From the IMG/VR virus record IMGVR_UViG_3300042484_002226, positions 1 to 57,742 of that record: a stretch of 57,742 bases of DNA. The stretch is one strand, 5' to 3'. How positions within the stretch are numbered: position 1 is the first letter of the stretch; the number at the start of each line of letters is the position of its first letter. The translations under genes were made by a program, and so were the position numbers. The DNA comes from a virus. Taxonomy: Duplodnaviria; Caudoviricetes. This document shows positions 20,491-29,846 of this stretch, in pieces. The notes beneath the pieces are model-generated. The model was not told the DNA's origin and ran no database searches. It saw only the letters and a list, made by a program, of their open reading frames with translations.

Positions 20491-21251
20491 AATCTTCTTT
20501 CTACATCTTCTTCTGCACAACGACTACCGTATTGAATTTCAATAAGAGTCAATGGATTCGAAGTTTCATTGACCAACTGATGCCAACAATGTAGTCCAAT
20601 ATGCAAGTATTGATGCTGGGTGTACCGTCCCTGTAGTTCTAGATCAGTACCAGCATCGAGCGTGTATATGCTAGCCTCGCCTTTGGTCACAAGCCAGAAT
20701 TCGGCGCGATCCTGGTGTCTTTGCATACTTAGTGCGGCCCCGGGCTCTACTGTAAGTTCTTTAACCTTGGACCCGGGCGAATCATGAACTACGCAATAAT
20801 GTCCCCACATGCGGCGCGTTTTGGGCGCACGCCATTCTTCCAGTAGCCAACTACTGGAGTTTTTCTCGATGACACCACCCACGTTAAACTTAAATTCTAA
20901 ATTAGCGTCTATTAATCTCAGCTCGGACATATTTTTGTCTGTGCGCTGATTACCATCGGCCACGATAATCTTATCCTGTGGATAGCTCTGACGAACCATT
21001 TCAATGGCATGCCGTGCACTGTCGTCACGATCGTCAAATGTGATTACAAAATCTACACCTTTGATATTCTGGACGAGCTCGGTGCGTTCTAAGATTGGCA
21101 TGAATGCTCGTCCCTTTCTGCGAGCTACCCACTCATCTGAGTTTACGCCAACTACAAGAATGTCGCCCAATTGACGTGCGGCTTTAAGATATGCAATGTG
21201 TCCCGAGTGGATGGGGTCAAATCCACCGGTTGCAAGAACGATAGTTTTCAT
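20487..21251 (-). CDS. Cytidylyltransferase (HIGH family) fused to a ManC-type cupin
   Basis: TGGFDPIHSGH, VGVNSD; C-terminal WG.Y, VKELTVEPG..LSMQRH..RAEFW, IEIQYG..C.E.D.ER. Confidence 0.85.
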   Translation of the reverse strand: MKTIVLATGGFDPIHSGHIAYLKAARQLGDILVVGVNSDEWVARRKGRAFMPILERTELVQNIKGVDFVITFDDRDDSARHAIEMVRQSYPQDKIIVADGNQRTDKNMSELRLIDANLEFKFNVGGVIEKNSSSWLLEEWRAPKTRRMWGHYCVVHDSPGSKVKELTVEPGAALSMQRHQDRAEFWLVTKGEASIYTLDAGTDLELQGRYTQHQYLHIGLHCWHQLVNETSNPLTLIEIQYGSRCAEEDVERRL

Positions 21252-21256
21252 TGTTC

Positions 21257-21286
21257 TATTTATATGTGTACTTTTTGATGTAAATA
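21257..21286. promoter_or_regulatory. Divergent T4-type late promoters
   Basis: TATAAATA on the - strand (21257-21264) and TAAATA on the + strand (21281-21286), 5 and 4 nt from the respective ATGs. Confidence 0.6.
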
Positions 21287-21290
21287 CAAA

Positions 21291-22040
21291 ATGAAGAAAC
21301 ATAAGAATCATGCTGACCAAAAGAATTTTGCCTGCGTGATACACGGAAACATGTATGACTGGCGGTATGTTGAAAACTTGTACAATATGCTGCAAGCTAA
21401 CACCCAGCACAAAATAAAGTTTCATGTGTTTACTGAACCATCGAGACCGGTGCCGGCACCGATGATCAAGCACGACTTAATAAACTGGCCTGGTATCAGT
21501 GGTCCAAAAAAGGCCTGGTGGTACAAGATGCAGATGTTTGATCCAGCGCACATACCCGGGAATCTGCTGTACATGGATCTTGACGTGGTGATCACCGGCA
21601 ACATTGATTGGATCTGGGGACTGAGCCCTCACCACTTTTGGGCCGTACGGGATTTTAGACACCTCTGGAGACCCTCCTGGGCCGGTCTAAACTCCAGCAT
21701 AATGTACTGGGACACAGAACGGTGGAAACGTATCTGGGCCAACTTTCAGACTCGTAATGTCCTGGACACTGCCCGGCAATTCCACGGTGATCAGGATTTT
21801 TTAAATGTAGCTGTTGACTTTAAAGACCGTAGATTCTTTGATAGTGATGCTGTGCAAAGCTGGCGCTGGCAAATCAAAGATGGCGGACTTGACATAAAAA
21901 CACGTACATATCGTTTGCCTGGCACCGGTACTGTGCTAGATCCCAAAACCCGTGTGATGATTTTTCACGGCAGCCCTAAACCACATGAAGTAACAGATTC
22001 TGTTGTATCTGGCTACTGGAACACTACGCCGACTAAATAA
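21291..22040 (+). CDS. GT-A glycosyltransferase
   Basis: YVENLYNM, WWYKMQMF, YMDLDVVI, NSS, GDQDF, FHGSPKP. Confidence 0.8.
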   Translation: MKKHKNHADQKNFACVIHGNMYDWRYVENLYNMLQANTQHKIKFHVFTEPSRPVPAPMIKHDLINWPGISGPKKAWWYKMQMFDPAHIPGNLLYMDLDVVITGNIDWIWGLSPHHFWAVRDFRHLWRPSWAGLNSSIMYWDTERWKRIWANFQTRNVLDTARQFHGDQDFLNVAVDFKDRRFFDSDAVQSWRWQIKDGGLDIKTRTYRLPGTGTVLDPKTRVMIFHGSPKPHEVTDSVVSGYWNTTPTK

Positions 22041-22058
22041 AGCATATTGGAGAACTGT

Positions 22059-22628
22059 ATGGCAACGACACTAGAATCGACTATCACTCGAACTTTTAAA
22101 CAACTAGGACTAGGATACGATGTGGTGCCCGGCACAACCGGAGTAATCTCGGTATCACTTGATGGACAAGTAATTTATAATGGACCAGTGCCCGGAGTAC
22201 CTGACCCGGTACCTGACCCAGTACTCGAACTAGTAGAGTCGGGTAGTTCCGTTAACCTTGCACTTGTTCCCTCAGACCCACACCAGGAGTTGTTTACATG
22301 GCCGTTGGATATTGATGACATGGGTCCCATGGAAATGAAGATTGAGGTCTGGGACTGTACGTTACAGTTGGGTGCCACAATGTCGAATTACACATCGCCT
22401 GTAGTCGGCGAGCATTCAGAATTTAATCGAATAGCGTATGAACAAACGGTAAACGGGTTAGAATGCCAGGACCCGTTTACTAACGTTCGGCTTAATGGTA
22501 CTCCTATACAACGTAATACTAGTCCGCCTGGCGCGCCGGCAATCCTATTACCTGGACAATGTTGGTGGGTAATCACAGAAGGCTGTATTTTTGAAGCAAC
22601 CCTTAACGTAGAGCCAGGCTGGCTTTAA
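22059..22628 (+). CDS. Hypothetical beta-rich protein, possibly virion
   Basis: TAAATA at 22034 and GGAG SD upstream; followed by a terminator. Confidence 0.55.
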   Translation: MATTLESTITRTFKQLGLGYDVVPGTTGVISVSLDGQVIYNGPVPGVPDPVPDPVLELVESGSSVNLALVPSDPHQELFTWPLDIDDMGPMEMKIEVWDCTLQLGATMSNYTSPVVGEHSEFNRIAYEQTVNGLECQDPFTNVRLNGTPIQRNTSPPGAPAILLPGQCWWVITEGCIFEATLNVEPGWL

Positions 22629-22648
22629 TTCAACTAAACTCCAATCAC

Positions 22649-22676
22649 AAACCCACCTCGTTGTGGGTTTTCCTTT
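22649..22676 (+). terminator. Intrinsic terminator
   Basis: aaacccac/gtgggttt stem followed by a T-rich tail. Confidence 0.65.
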
Positions 22677-22678
22677 GG

Positions 22679-22707
22679 TCGACCAGAAATGGCACCCGTG
22701 CTATAAT
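22679..22707 (+). promoter_or_regulatory. Early sigma70-like promoter
   Basis: TCGACC-17 nt-(TGc)TATAAT. Confidence 0.7.
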
Positions 22708-22739
22708 GTATGCATACGGTAAGGAACAAGGAGCAAGCA

Positions 22740-22937
22740 ATGAGCTGGAACAAAGAAGGCAAGCAGATCACTGCAATGTACCAAGGGCAACAGGTTACTG
22801 GCACTGTGGAGTCTAGCCGTGTAAAGTACGGTGCGGGCAAAGTTGAACACTTGCTGATTCTGGACCGGCCCATCCAGTTGCGGTGGCGCACGGAACCCAC
22901 AGATCGCTTGCTGATCAACGAGGACGAGGTCGGTTGA
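22740..22937 (+). CDS. Small early hypothetical protein
   Basis: AAGGAG SD, downstream of an early promoter. Confidence 0.65.
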   Translation: MSWNKEGKQITAMYQGQQVTGTVESSRVKYGAGKVEHLLILDRPIQLRWRTEPTDRLLINEDEVG

Positions 22938-22962
22938 CCAATAATTCCCGTTCTGCTATAAT
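22934..22962 (+). promoter_or_regulatory. Early sigma70-like promoter
   Basis: TTGACC-17 nt-(TGc)TATAAT. Confidence 0.8.
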
Positions 22963-22982
22963 ACACGCTTACTAGGAGATTT

Positions 22983-23219
22983 ATGAGATTTGAAGTCAAA
23001 GTGTGCGACAGCATCTACAATGTAATGTTCATTGCCCAGGTCGATGACATATACGTGTCGGTTTTCTCTCCTCTGGTCAAGTCCTTTACGAGTTCCATCA
23101 AGAGGGTTCACCCGGGCGAAGGCAACTGCGGTGAGCAGAACGAATACGAAGCGACTTACTCGGGAATCTGTATCAAGTACCCGGACTTTGTCAAACTGAT
23201 GAACAACATAGACATTTAG
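22983..23219 (+). CDS. Small early hypothetical protein
   Basis: AGGAG SD, own promoter. Confidence 0.6.
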   Translation: MRFEVKVCDSIYNVMFIAQVDDIYVSVFSPLVKSFTSSIKRVHPGEGNCGEQNEYEATYSGICIKYPDFVKLMNNIDI

Positions 23220-23271
23220 TTCGACGCTCGTTATCCAGGGCGTATCATGGTGCTTTGCGGAACCGAAGCGG

Positions 23272-23300
23272 TTGACCAATAAATCAGCTTGTGCTATAAT
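23272..23300 (+). promoter_or_regulatory. Early sigma70-like promoter
   Basis: TTGACC-17 nt-(TGc)TATAAT. Confidence 0.8.
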
Positions 23301-23329
23301 GTATTTACTGTAGCAAAACGGAGCAAGAA

Positions 23330-24358
23330 ATGACCCAAGTTCAAGTGATTAAAGGTACATACCGTAATACCCCGGTGCAGAATGCATCGTTTGAGCTAGT
23401 CAAGGATTTTACTGTTGGCGCCCGCGGAAACGGGTTCGTTACAGTCAAGAGCGACGGGTATTTTGGTCCCGATTTTGATGTTGTGCGTATTAAAGTGAAC
23501 GGAATTGAAGACGTGATTATTACCGGATCCTCTACTCCTGTTGCAGGCATTACTGTGACTCCCATGTCGGCTGTGCTGCAAGAAACTGACGACGAAGTCA
23601 TGGCGCGTATTGAAACGCGGTTTAACATGCTTGACGAGATGACACTGGCTGCAATTGCCGGCGACATTCGTGCTATGATCGTTGTGGGTCCCCCGGGCGT
23701 GGGCAAGAGCTACGGTGTTGAGCATCAGCTAGAGAAGTCTGGGCTGTTTGACGTTGTGGGTAATCGCAAACCCAAGTACGAAGTCATCAAGGGTGCAATG
23801 ACCCCAATTGGCCTGTACTGCACTCTGTATAAACACAGTGATGCCAAGAACGTGCTAGTGTTTGACGACTGCGACAGCATCCTGCTTGACGATGTTGCGC
23901 TGAACATTCTTAAGGCTGCATTGGATTCAGGCAAGAAGCGTCGCATACATTGGAACGCTGACAGCAACATGTTGCGCCGCGAGGGAGTGCCAGATCAGTT
24001 TGACTTCAAGGGTTCTGTGATCTTTATTACCAACTTGAAGTTTGATCACCTCAAGAGCAAACGACTGCAAGATCACTTGGAAGCTTTGCAGAGTCGTTGT
24101 CACTTTCTTGATCTTACGCTGAACACCATGCGTGACAAGATCTTGCGCATCAAACAGATCTTCCGTAGGGGTAGCTTGTTTCAAGACTACGATTTTACCC
24201 CGGAACTGGGCGACTCTATTATCGAGTTCATGACTGACAATCACATGCGCCTGCGCGAAGTGAGCTTGCGCATGGCGTTGAAGATTGCTGACTTGACCAA
24301 AGTGTCCCCGAGCAATTGGAAGTCGCTTGCTGAATGTACTTGCATGCGTAACGCATAA
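23330..24358 (+). CDS. P-loop/AAA-type ATPase
   Basis: GPPGVGKS Walker A, LVFDDCD Walker B, IFITN sensor, ALQSRC arginine finger. Confidence 0.85.
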   Translation: MTQVQVIKGTYRNTPVQNASFELVKDFTVGARGNGFVTVKSDGYFGPDFDVVRIKVNGIEDVIITGSSTPVAGITVTPMSAVLQETDDEVMARIETRFNMLDEMTLAAIAGDIRAMIVVGPPGVGKSYGVEHQLEKSGLFDVVGNRKPKYEVIKGAMTPIGLYCTLYKHSDAKNVLVFDDCDSILLDDVALNILKAALDSGKKRRIHWNADSNMLRREGVPDQFDFKGSVIFITNLKFDHLKSKRLQDHLEALQSRCHFLDLTLNTMRDKILRIKQIFRRGSLFQDYDFTPELGDSIIEFMTDNHMRLREVSLRMALKIADLTKVSPSNWKSLAECTCMRNA

Positions 24359-24392
24359 GAATCATGCTGCCCCTGTCGGGGCAATCCTTTGT

Positions 24393-24423
24393 GGGACACC
24401 CGTAAAACGGTGTCTCTTTTTTT
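24393..24423 (+). terminator. Intrinsic terminator
   Basis: gacacc/ggtgtc stem followed by a T7 run. Confidence 0.75.
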
Positions 24424-24450
24424 GACTTTACTTGGCCAATGCTATATAAT
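24422..24450 (+). promoter_or_regulatory. Sigma70-like promoter
   Basis: TTGACT-17 nt-TATAAT; ATG 5 nt downstream. Confidence 0.75.
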
Positions 24451-24455
24451 TAACT

Positions 24456-25706
24456 ATGATTGTTAAACACATTGTCTGTATTGATCGTAAAAGAAATCCG
24501 TTTTTACCATTGACGCAAGCGCACCATCTACTAGATCAATACACAGCCGCAGACAATGTTGTTATACTTTTAGATCATCTTTGGGAAGATCGGTTAGTGC
24601 CTGCTTTAATAAAAACTTTTGTTGCTGTCATTAAGGAAAGATGTCCTTGGAAAATATTGCTGATAGCAAATTCATGGGAAAGACCTAATGCAGGATTTAT
24701 ACAAGAAACAGGAGTCGACGATGTGTTGTATGTTGACTTTTTTTTGTATCGCGTGTTTAAAGAAATTGTAGTGAATAAAAAAAGTGCATTTAGGCAAATA
24801 GAAAATTCACTGACATTCGATAAACAAAAATTTTTATTTTTAACTGGGAAAGCAGCTAAAGTTAATCGCATAGGACTACTGAAAAAATTTGTAGATGCTG
24901 GATTAATGACTCATGCAGAGTGGTCTTTTTATTATTTTGAATTAACTAAAAAATACAATCAGTCGGTTAAAAATCAACTACCAGAATTAACTGATGAAGA
25001 ATTTGAAGAATTTGTAAAAACATGGTTGCGTAACCCAGACAACATTGACATTGCTCTATCTTCCGATGGATTAAGTTACGAATACAATGGCATTCCATAT
25101 GATATTGGTCTGTATATGCAGACTGACTTTTCAGTAATAAGTGAAACCAGTTTTTGCCAAACTAACAACCCGTGGATAACTGAAAAAATATGGATCCCAA
25201 TACTTAACAGGCATCCATTTATCATAGCAGGGGACACAAACATCTTACAAAAATTAGAACAAATGGGATTTGAAACTTTTAGAAATTTCTTAAAAATACC
25301 CAACTATGATCAAATTGTAGATACTGCTGATCGATTGGCAGCAGTTGTAGAGAATACTCGATATTTTTTAGACAACATAAAGAAAAATTCTGCATGGATA
25401 AATCAAGATGTAAACTGTAATTTCTCAAGACTCTCTACACTATATTTTTTGAATAACGAACGCATTTTAAATTTTATGTATACTCATAAGTTGACAGAAT
25501 TTACAATTGATGATATAGTTCCCACAGTTGGGCGGAAGAACAATATAAACAAACAAGAAAAAGATCGTGCCTTTGTTATATTTTACAATAATGTCAAAGA
25601 TTCTACCTGGCCGGACGCAAAATCAATTGATGAGTTTTATAAACTGCCAAAACATATACAACACGAATGCATTAACACTTTTGGTCTTATGCTACCTACA
25701 AAATGA
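24456..25706 (+). CDS. Glycosyltransferase-like protein (ET...TEK...PF motif) carrying the shared C-terminal module
   Basis: VISETSF...ITEKIWIPILNRHPFIIAG..LEQMGFETF resembles GT10-like C-terminal domains; C-terminal FYNNVKDSTWPD. Confidence 0.5.
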   Translation: MIVKHIVCIDRKRNPFLPLTQAHHLLDQYTAADNVVILLDHLWEDRLVPALIKTFVAVIKERCPWKILLIANSWERPNAGFIQETGVDDVLYVDFFLYRVFKEIVVNKKSAFRQIENSLTFDKQKFLFLTGKAAKVNRIGLLKKFVDAGLMTHAEWSFYYFELTKKYNQSVKNQLPELTDEEFEEFVKTWLRNPDNIDIALSSDGLSYEYNGIPYDIGLYMQTDFSVISETSFCQTNNPWITEKIWIPILNRHPFIIAGDTNILQKLEQMGFETFRNFLKIPNYDQIVDTADRLAAVVENTRYFLDNIKKNSAWINQDVNCNFSRLSTLYFLNNERILNFMYTHKLTEFTIDDIVPTVGRKNNINKQEKDRAFVIFYNNVKDSTWPDAKSIDEFYKLPKHIQHECINTFGLMLPTK

Positions 25707-27160
25707 AAAACGCCAAGATAATAATTCAAGACGAAGTAAATATCAAGATTGATGGACTAGACTTGGATGCCCGCAAAGCTCTAGTTAAAAAATTCAAATA
25801 TGATGTTCCGTATGCACGATATCTACCAGCGGTGAGACTGGGTCGATGGGACGGCAAAGTTAGTTATTTCCAACTCGGCGGTAGCACTTATACTAATTTA
25901 CTACCCGAGATTCTCCCCATACTCGACGACTACAATTATGAAATTGAACTTGACGATCGTCGCGAGTACACTAGAACTTTTGAGTTTGCACTAGCCACAG
26001 AAGATACCTTTAAGGATCGGTGTTGGCCCAAAGGGCACCCACAGGCTGGAGTGCCGATTCAGCTGCGAGATTATCAAGTTGAGATCATCAACAACTTTCT
26101 TAGCAACCCACAGTGCATCCAAGAGGTTGCTACCGGCGCCGGTAAGACTATCATGACTGCTGCGCTAAGTTGCCTGGTTGGACCCTACGGTCGCAGCATT
26201 GTTATTGTGCCCAACAAGAGCTTGGTGACACAGACCGAGAAGGATTATATCAATATTGGATTAGATGTTGGTGTATACTTTGGGGATCGAAAGGAGTTTG
26301 GTCGTCAGCACACTATCTGCACTTGGCAAAGCCTTAATGTTCTATTGAAAAACACCCGATCGGGCACCGCCGACTGTACCATACAAGACTTTATTGAAGG
26401 CGTGGTGTGTGTCATGGTAGACGAAGTGCATATGGCCAAAGCCGATGCACTCAAGACTTTGCTCACAGGGGTAATGAGTCAAATCCCGATTCGGTGGGGA
26501 CTTACAGGCACTGTTCCTAAGGAAGCATTTGAATTTCAGGCCTTGCATGTAAGCCTAGGACCTGTAGTGAGCCGTCTTGCAGCTAGCGAGTTACAGGAGC
26601 GTGGTGTACTAGCACAATGTCATGTAAACGTGGTACAGTTAGTAGATCATGTAGAGTTTAAAGAATATCAAGCCGAGCTTAAATACTTACTAGAGGAACC
26701 AGGTAGACTTGATACAATTGCTGCCTTAGTTGCTCGGGTAAATGAGACTGGCAACACCTTGGTACTTGTAGACCGGGTGGCTGCCGGGAAAGCACTAGTT
26801 GAAAGGTTAGGAGAGAGTGCAGTATTTGTATCAGGTGCAACCAAGGCAAAAGATCGTCAGGATGAATACGACGAAGTAGCCGACGCAACCGGTAAGATCA
26901 TTGTAGCCACATACGGAGTTGCTGCTGTGGGTATTAATATTCCGCGTATTTTCAATCTAGTTATGTTAGAACCTGGCAAAAGTTTTGTTCGAGTTATACA
27001 GAGCATAGGCCGTGGTATACGTAAGGCAGAGGATAAGGATCATGTTCAAATCTGGGACATAACATCCACTTGCAAATTTGCCAAACGACATTTGACCAAA
27101 CGCAAAGTATTTTATAAAGAAGCCAATTATCCGTATACTCAGGAAAAACTAGAATGGTGA
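25703..27160 (+). CDS. uvsW: UvsW-like SF2 helicase
   Basis: LRDYQ, ATGAGKT, DEVH, GLTGT, GINIP, QSIGRGIR. Confidence 0.9.
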   Translation: MKNAKIIIQDEVNIKIDGLDLDARKALVKKFKYDVPYARYLPAVRLGRWDGKVSYFQLGGSTYTNLLPEILPILDDYNYEIELDDRREYTRTFEFALATEDTFKDRCWPKGHPQAGVPIQLRDYQVEIINNFLSNPQCIQEVATGAGKTIMTAALSCLVGPYGRSIVIVPNKSLVTQTEKDYINIGLDVGVYFGDRKEFGRQHTICTWQSLNVLLKNTRSGTADCTIQDFIEGVVCVMVDEVHMAKADALKTLLTGVMSQIPIRWGLTGTVPKEAFEFQALHVSLGPVVSRLAASELQERGVLAQCHVNVVQLVDHVEFKEYQAELKYLLEEPGRLDTIAALVARVNETGNTLVLVDRVAAGKALVERLGESAVFVSGATKAKDRQDEYDEVADATGKIIVATYGVAAVGINIPRIFNLVMLEPGKSFVRVIQSIGRGIRKAEDKDHVQIWDITSTCKFAKRHLTKRKVFYKEANYPYTQEKLEW

Positions 27161-27996
27161 TGTTAACCTCTGAACAATTTGCCACAGACAGAATAATTAT
27201 TGTTGCATATCCCAACGGCGCAGGTGGAAAATTCTTGATAAACAGCCTGGCATTGAGTAATCAGGCAGTGCTTCAACACTGTTCCCTTACAGCACTTAAC
27301 TCGTCACAAAAGATAGAGTTATTGTGTCACAGATACAATAATCGGAAAGGGGAAAGATGGGGCGACATTGGCTTGGGCTGTTTCCAATTATTTGGGGTCA
27401 ATCAGATCCCCCATTCACAAACAGATCTAGAATATCGAGACGTAATTGCTAGATTAATCAATCAACAAAAATATTTCTTTCTTGTGGTACATAATCCCGA
27501 CCATCTAGCCCATGTGGTAAGAATATGGTCGAATGCCAAGGTAATACATTTTACAAACTATCAAGATTTTATGTTAACACACCGTTGGTTACCTGGTCAT
27601 CATCAGTTAAGTAATCGATTACGGGCTTTTAAAACCTGGTGGAAAAGTCGCAGGCAACCCGACTGGCCGGACCGGCCACCGTCTACTTTCATAGAATATC
27701 AACGGCCAGAGTATCAACGGATTGCCGAACATATTAAATCGATTGAACCGCTAATGATCCGTAATTTGCCAGAATATCCAAATGTAGATTTTCAATCAAT
27801 GTTGGGACCAGAAAATTGGCACCACCAGTGGGATGCATCGTGGTACCTAGACTGGGAGCAATACCGATCACATATACAAATGTTGTATGCCCAACTTGGA
27901 TTTGATGATTTTGATGCTGATAAGATACAGAGGTTATACAATTGTTGGATCTCGGCAATGCAACGGCATTTACACTATCTGATAGATCACTGTTGA
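27154..27996 (+). CDS. Hypothetical protein with a Gly-rich N-terminal loop (sulfotransferase-like?)
   Basis: IIVAYPNGAGGKFLINSL. Confidence 0.45.
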   Translation: MVMLTSEQFATDRIIIVAYPNGAGGKFLINSLALSNQAVLQHCSLTALNSSQKIELLCHRYNNRKGERWGDIGLGCFQLFGVNQIPHSQTDLEYRDVIARLINQQKYFFLVVHNPDHLAHVVRIWSNAKVIHFTNYQDFMLTHRWLPGHHQLSNRLRAFKTWWKSRRQPDWPDRPPSTFIEYQRPEYQRIAEHIKSIEPLMIRNLPEYPNVDFQSMLGPENWHHQWDASWYLDWEQYRSHIQMLYAQLGFDDFDADKIQRLYNCWISAMQRHLHYLIDHC

Positions 27997-28021
27997 CTTT
28001 GCGTCACTAAGTGTGTATAAT
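27993..28021 (+). promoter_or_regulatory. Sigma70-like promoter
   Basis: TTGACT-17 nt-TATAAT; ATG 6 nt downstream. Confidence 0.75.
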
Positions 28022-28027
28022 AAAAAT

Positions 28028-28528
28028 ATGAGAATCCTAACCCTTGAGAATCAGCACTACGACCTGGACACACTTCCTGATGAAGTCGACGACATGCGTT
28101 TTGCTATTCTAGACAACTCAGACCCTAACAGTCCTGACTACTATTATATTCCGTTGATTTTTTTAGAAAGCTTCAGCGCCCCTGCCCTAGTGCTGCGTAT
28201 CGGTGACAAGACTATTAAAATGCCAGTGGATTGGCAAATCCTAATAGGGGAGCCGGATCTAGGAGACTTAGAAATGCTACCGTTGACCAGTATCAATGAT
28301 CGTGGGTTCAAGGCGTTTGAGTTTAACCCGCTAAGTAGTTTTAGGCCCAGTTTTCCTGATATTGAAATTGTAGATGTGTATCATGAAGTAACCTGGTATG
28401 CTCCCAAACTTAAAAATGGGCAAATTTTATCGGTACCCATTGACGATGGCCCGAAACCTCGATGCGTGTACTTTGTAAAAGACATTAGTCGAAACTGTGA
28501 AGTTGTACAATATGACAAGGCATGGTAG
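28028..28528 (+). CDS. Hypothetical protein (possibly a degenerate Hint-like fold)
   Basis: Intact beta-rich ORF behind its own promoter. Confidence 0.6.
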   Translation: MRILTLENQHYDLDTLPDEVDDMRFAILDNSDPNSPDYYYIPLIFLESFSAPALVLRIGDKTIKMPVDWQILIGEPDLGDLEMLPLTSINDRGFKAFEFNPLSSFRPSFPDIEIVDVYHEVTWYAPKLKNGQILSVPIDDGPKPRCVYFVKDISRNCEVVQYDKAW

Positions 28529-28529
28529 T

Positions 28530-28736
28530 ATGGAACAATACGAAAAAAGTGGACCCAGAGTTGATGCACTGCCCCAGGCACCTGAACAAAAGCAAGTTGG
28601 CTCGAAGATTGATTTGTTAGATCAACGGCTGCAAGATCAATCCCGCACTATTGCTATCATGCAACGCGAAATGCGACGCATGCAAAATCAACTTGACGAA
28701 GCAACCGGCGCAATCAACAGTATACGTCGTGGATAA
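28530..28736 (+). CDS. Small coiled-coil hypothetical protein
   Basis: Heptad pattern; start 1 nt after the upstream stop. Confidence 0.55.
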   Translation: MEQYEKSGPRVDALPQAPEQKQVGSKIDLLDQRLQDQSRTIAIMQREMRRMQNQLDEATGAINSIRRG

Positions 28737-29175
28737 ACTTAGCATTCAAAATGAGATGAATTGTTTCGATCTCAAGGATCGAGAGTTTTATAACAGTCTC
28801 ACAGATGAGGAACGTAAAAAGTTCTCCAACTATCTTATGATACGGTGGGGATCGGCGGTGCATGGTAGTCGAGAACTGCAAGAGTTTTATCTAATCTCAT
28901 GCAACGAGCGCCTCAACAAACACTTCTTTGCTATAAACCGTCACCCTAAGTTACAGTGGTTGTGCGCTACATCTGTAAGTCCGGGCATGGGTACACACCG
29001 GCATCAGTGGATCTCGCCCAAGAAGAAGGAAGCAGGATCCAACGAGATCAAGAAAACTCTCATGGAGCTTATGCCTAATGCCAAGCTGTCGGACATTGAC
29101 ACACTGTCTAAACTCATCAACAAGAAAGATTTGAAAGAGTATTTGCGTGAACACGGCTACACTGACAAAGACTGA
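28729..29175 (+). CDS. gp62-like clamp-loader small subunit (putative)
   Basis: FSNYLMIRW.S...NE.LN...HPKLQW...QWISPKK resembles the T4 gp62 pattern. Confidence 0.5.
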   Translation: MDKLSIQNEMNCFDLKDREFYNSLTDEERKKFSNYLMIRWGSAVHGSRELQEFYLISCNERLNKHFFAINRHPKLQWLCATSVSPGMGTHRHQWISPKKKEAGSNEIKKTLMELMPNAKLSDIDTLSKLINKKDLKEYLREHGYTDKD

Positions 29176-29845
29176 ATACACTTGCAACCATTGTGCCCGT
29201 GCATTCAAGCGGGAACCAAGCTTGGCCACACATGTGTGTGAATCCAAACGTCGTTATCTTGAGCGGGACGAAGTAGGTGTTACGATTGCTCTCCAAGCAT
29301 ACTTGAGATTTTACGAGATTACCCAAGGCACAGCAAAGAACAAAAGGTTCAAGGATTTTTCTGCCAGCCCCTACTACAGGGCATTTGTTAAATTTGGACG
29401 TTACTGTCAAGAGATCCGAGCAGTCAATGTGCCCCAGTTTGTGAACTGGGTGGTTAAGAAAAATAAAAAGATTGATCACTGGTGTCACGAATCTGTATAC
29501 TATGAATACTTGATGGAGTACTTGCGCACTGAATCTGTAGGTGATGCCTTGACCCGATCAATTGAATCTAGTATCGACTGGCAGGAAAAAACCGGCAATG
29601 CAGCACACGACTATCTTCGATATGGCAACGCCAACACACTGTGCTATGCGATTTCGACCGGGCGGGTATCAGCCTGGACTGTATACAACTGTGATTCTGG
29701 ACATGAGTTGTTAGCAAGACTTAACTCCGAGCAGTTGACTATGATTTGGCCCATGGTTGAGACTGGTGTTTGGAGTCAACGACTTCGTGACCACCCCGAA
29801 GATCGTGACTATGCACGGACAATTTTAAAACAAGCAGGCTGGTAG
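29147..29845 (+). CDS. Hypothetical protein with an N-terminal C2HC zinc finger
   Basis: YTCNHCARAFKREPSLATHVC. Confidence 0.65.
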   Translation: MNTATLTKTEYTCNHCARAFKREPSLATHVCESKRRYLERDEVGVTIALQAYLRFYEITQGTAKNKRFKDFSASPYYRAFVKFGRYCQEIRAVNVPQFVNWVVKKNKKIDHWCHESVYYEYLMEYLRTESVGDALTRSIESSIDWQEKTGNAAHDYLRYGNANTLCYAISTGRVSAWTVYNCDSGHELLARLNSEQLTMIWPMVETGVWSQRLRDHPEDRDYARTILKQAGW

Positions 29846-29846
29846 C

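Noticed and set aside
22195-22225. Short PDPV-PDPV tandem repeat
   Set aside because: Only two copies in a Pro-rich linker; no further signal.
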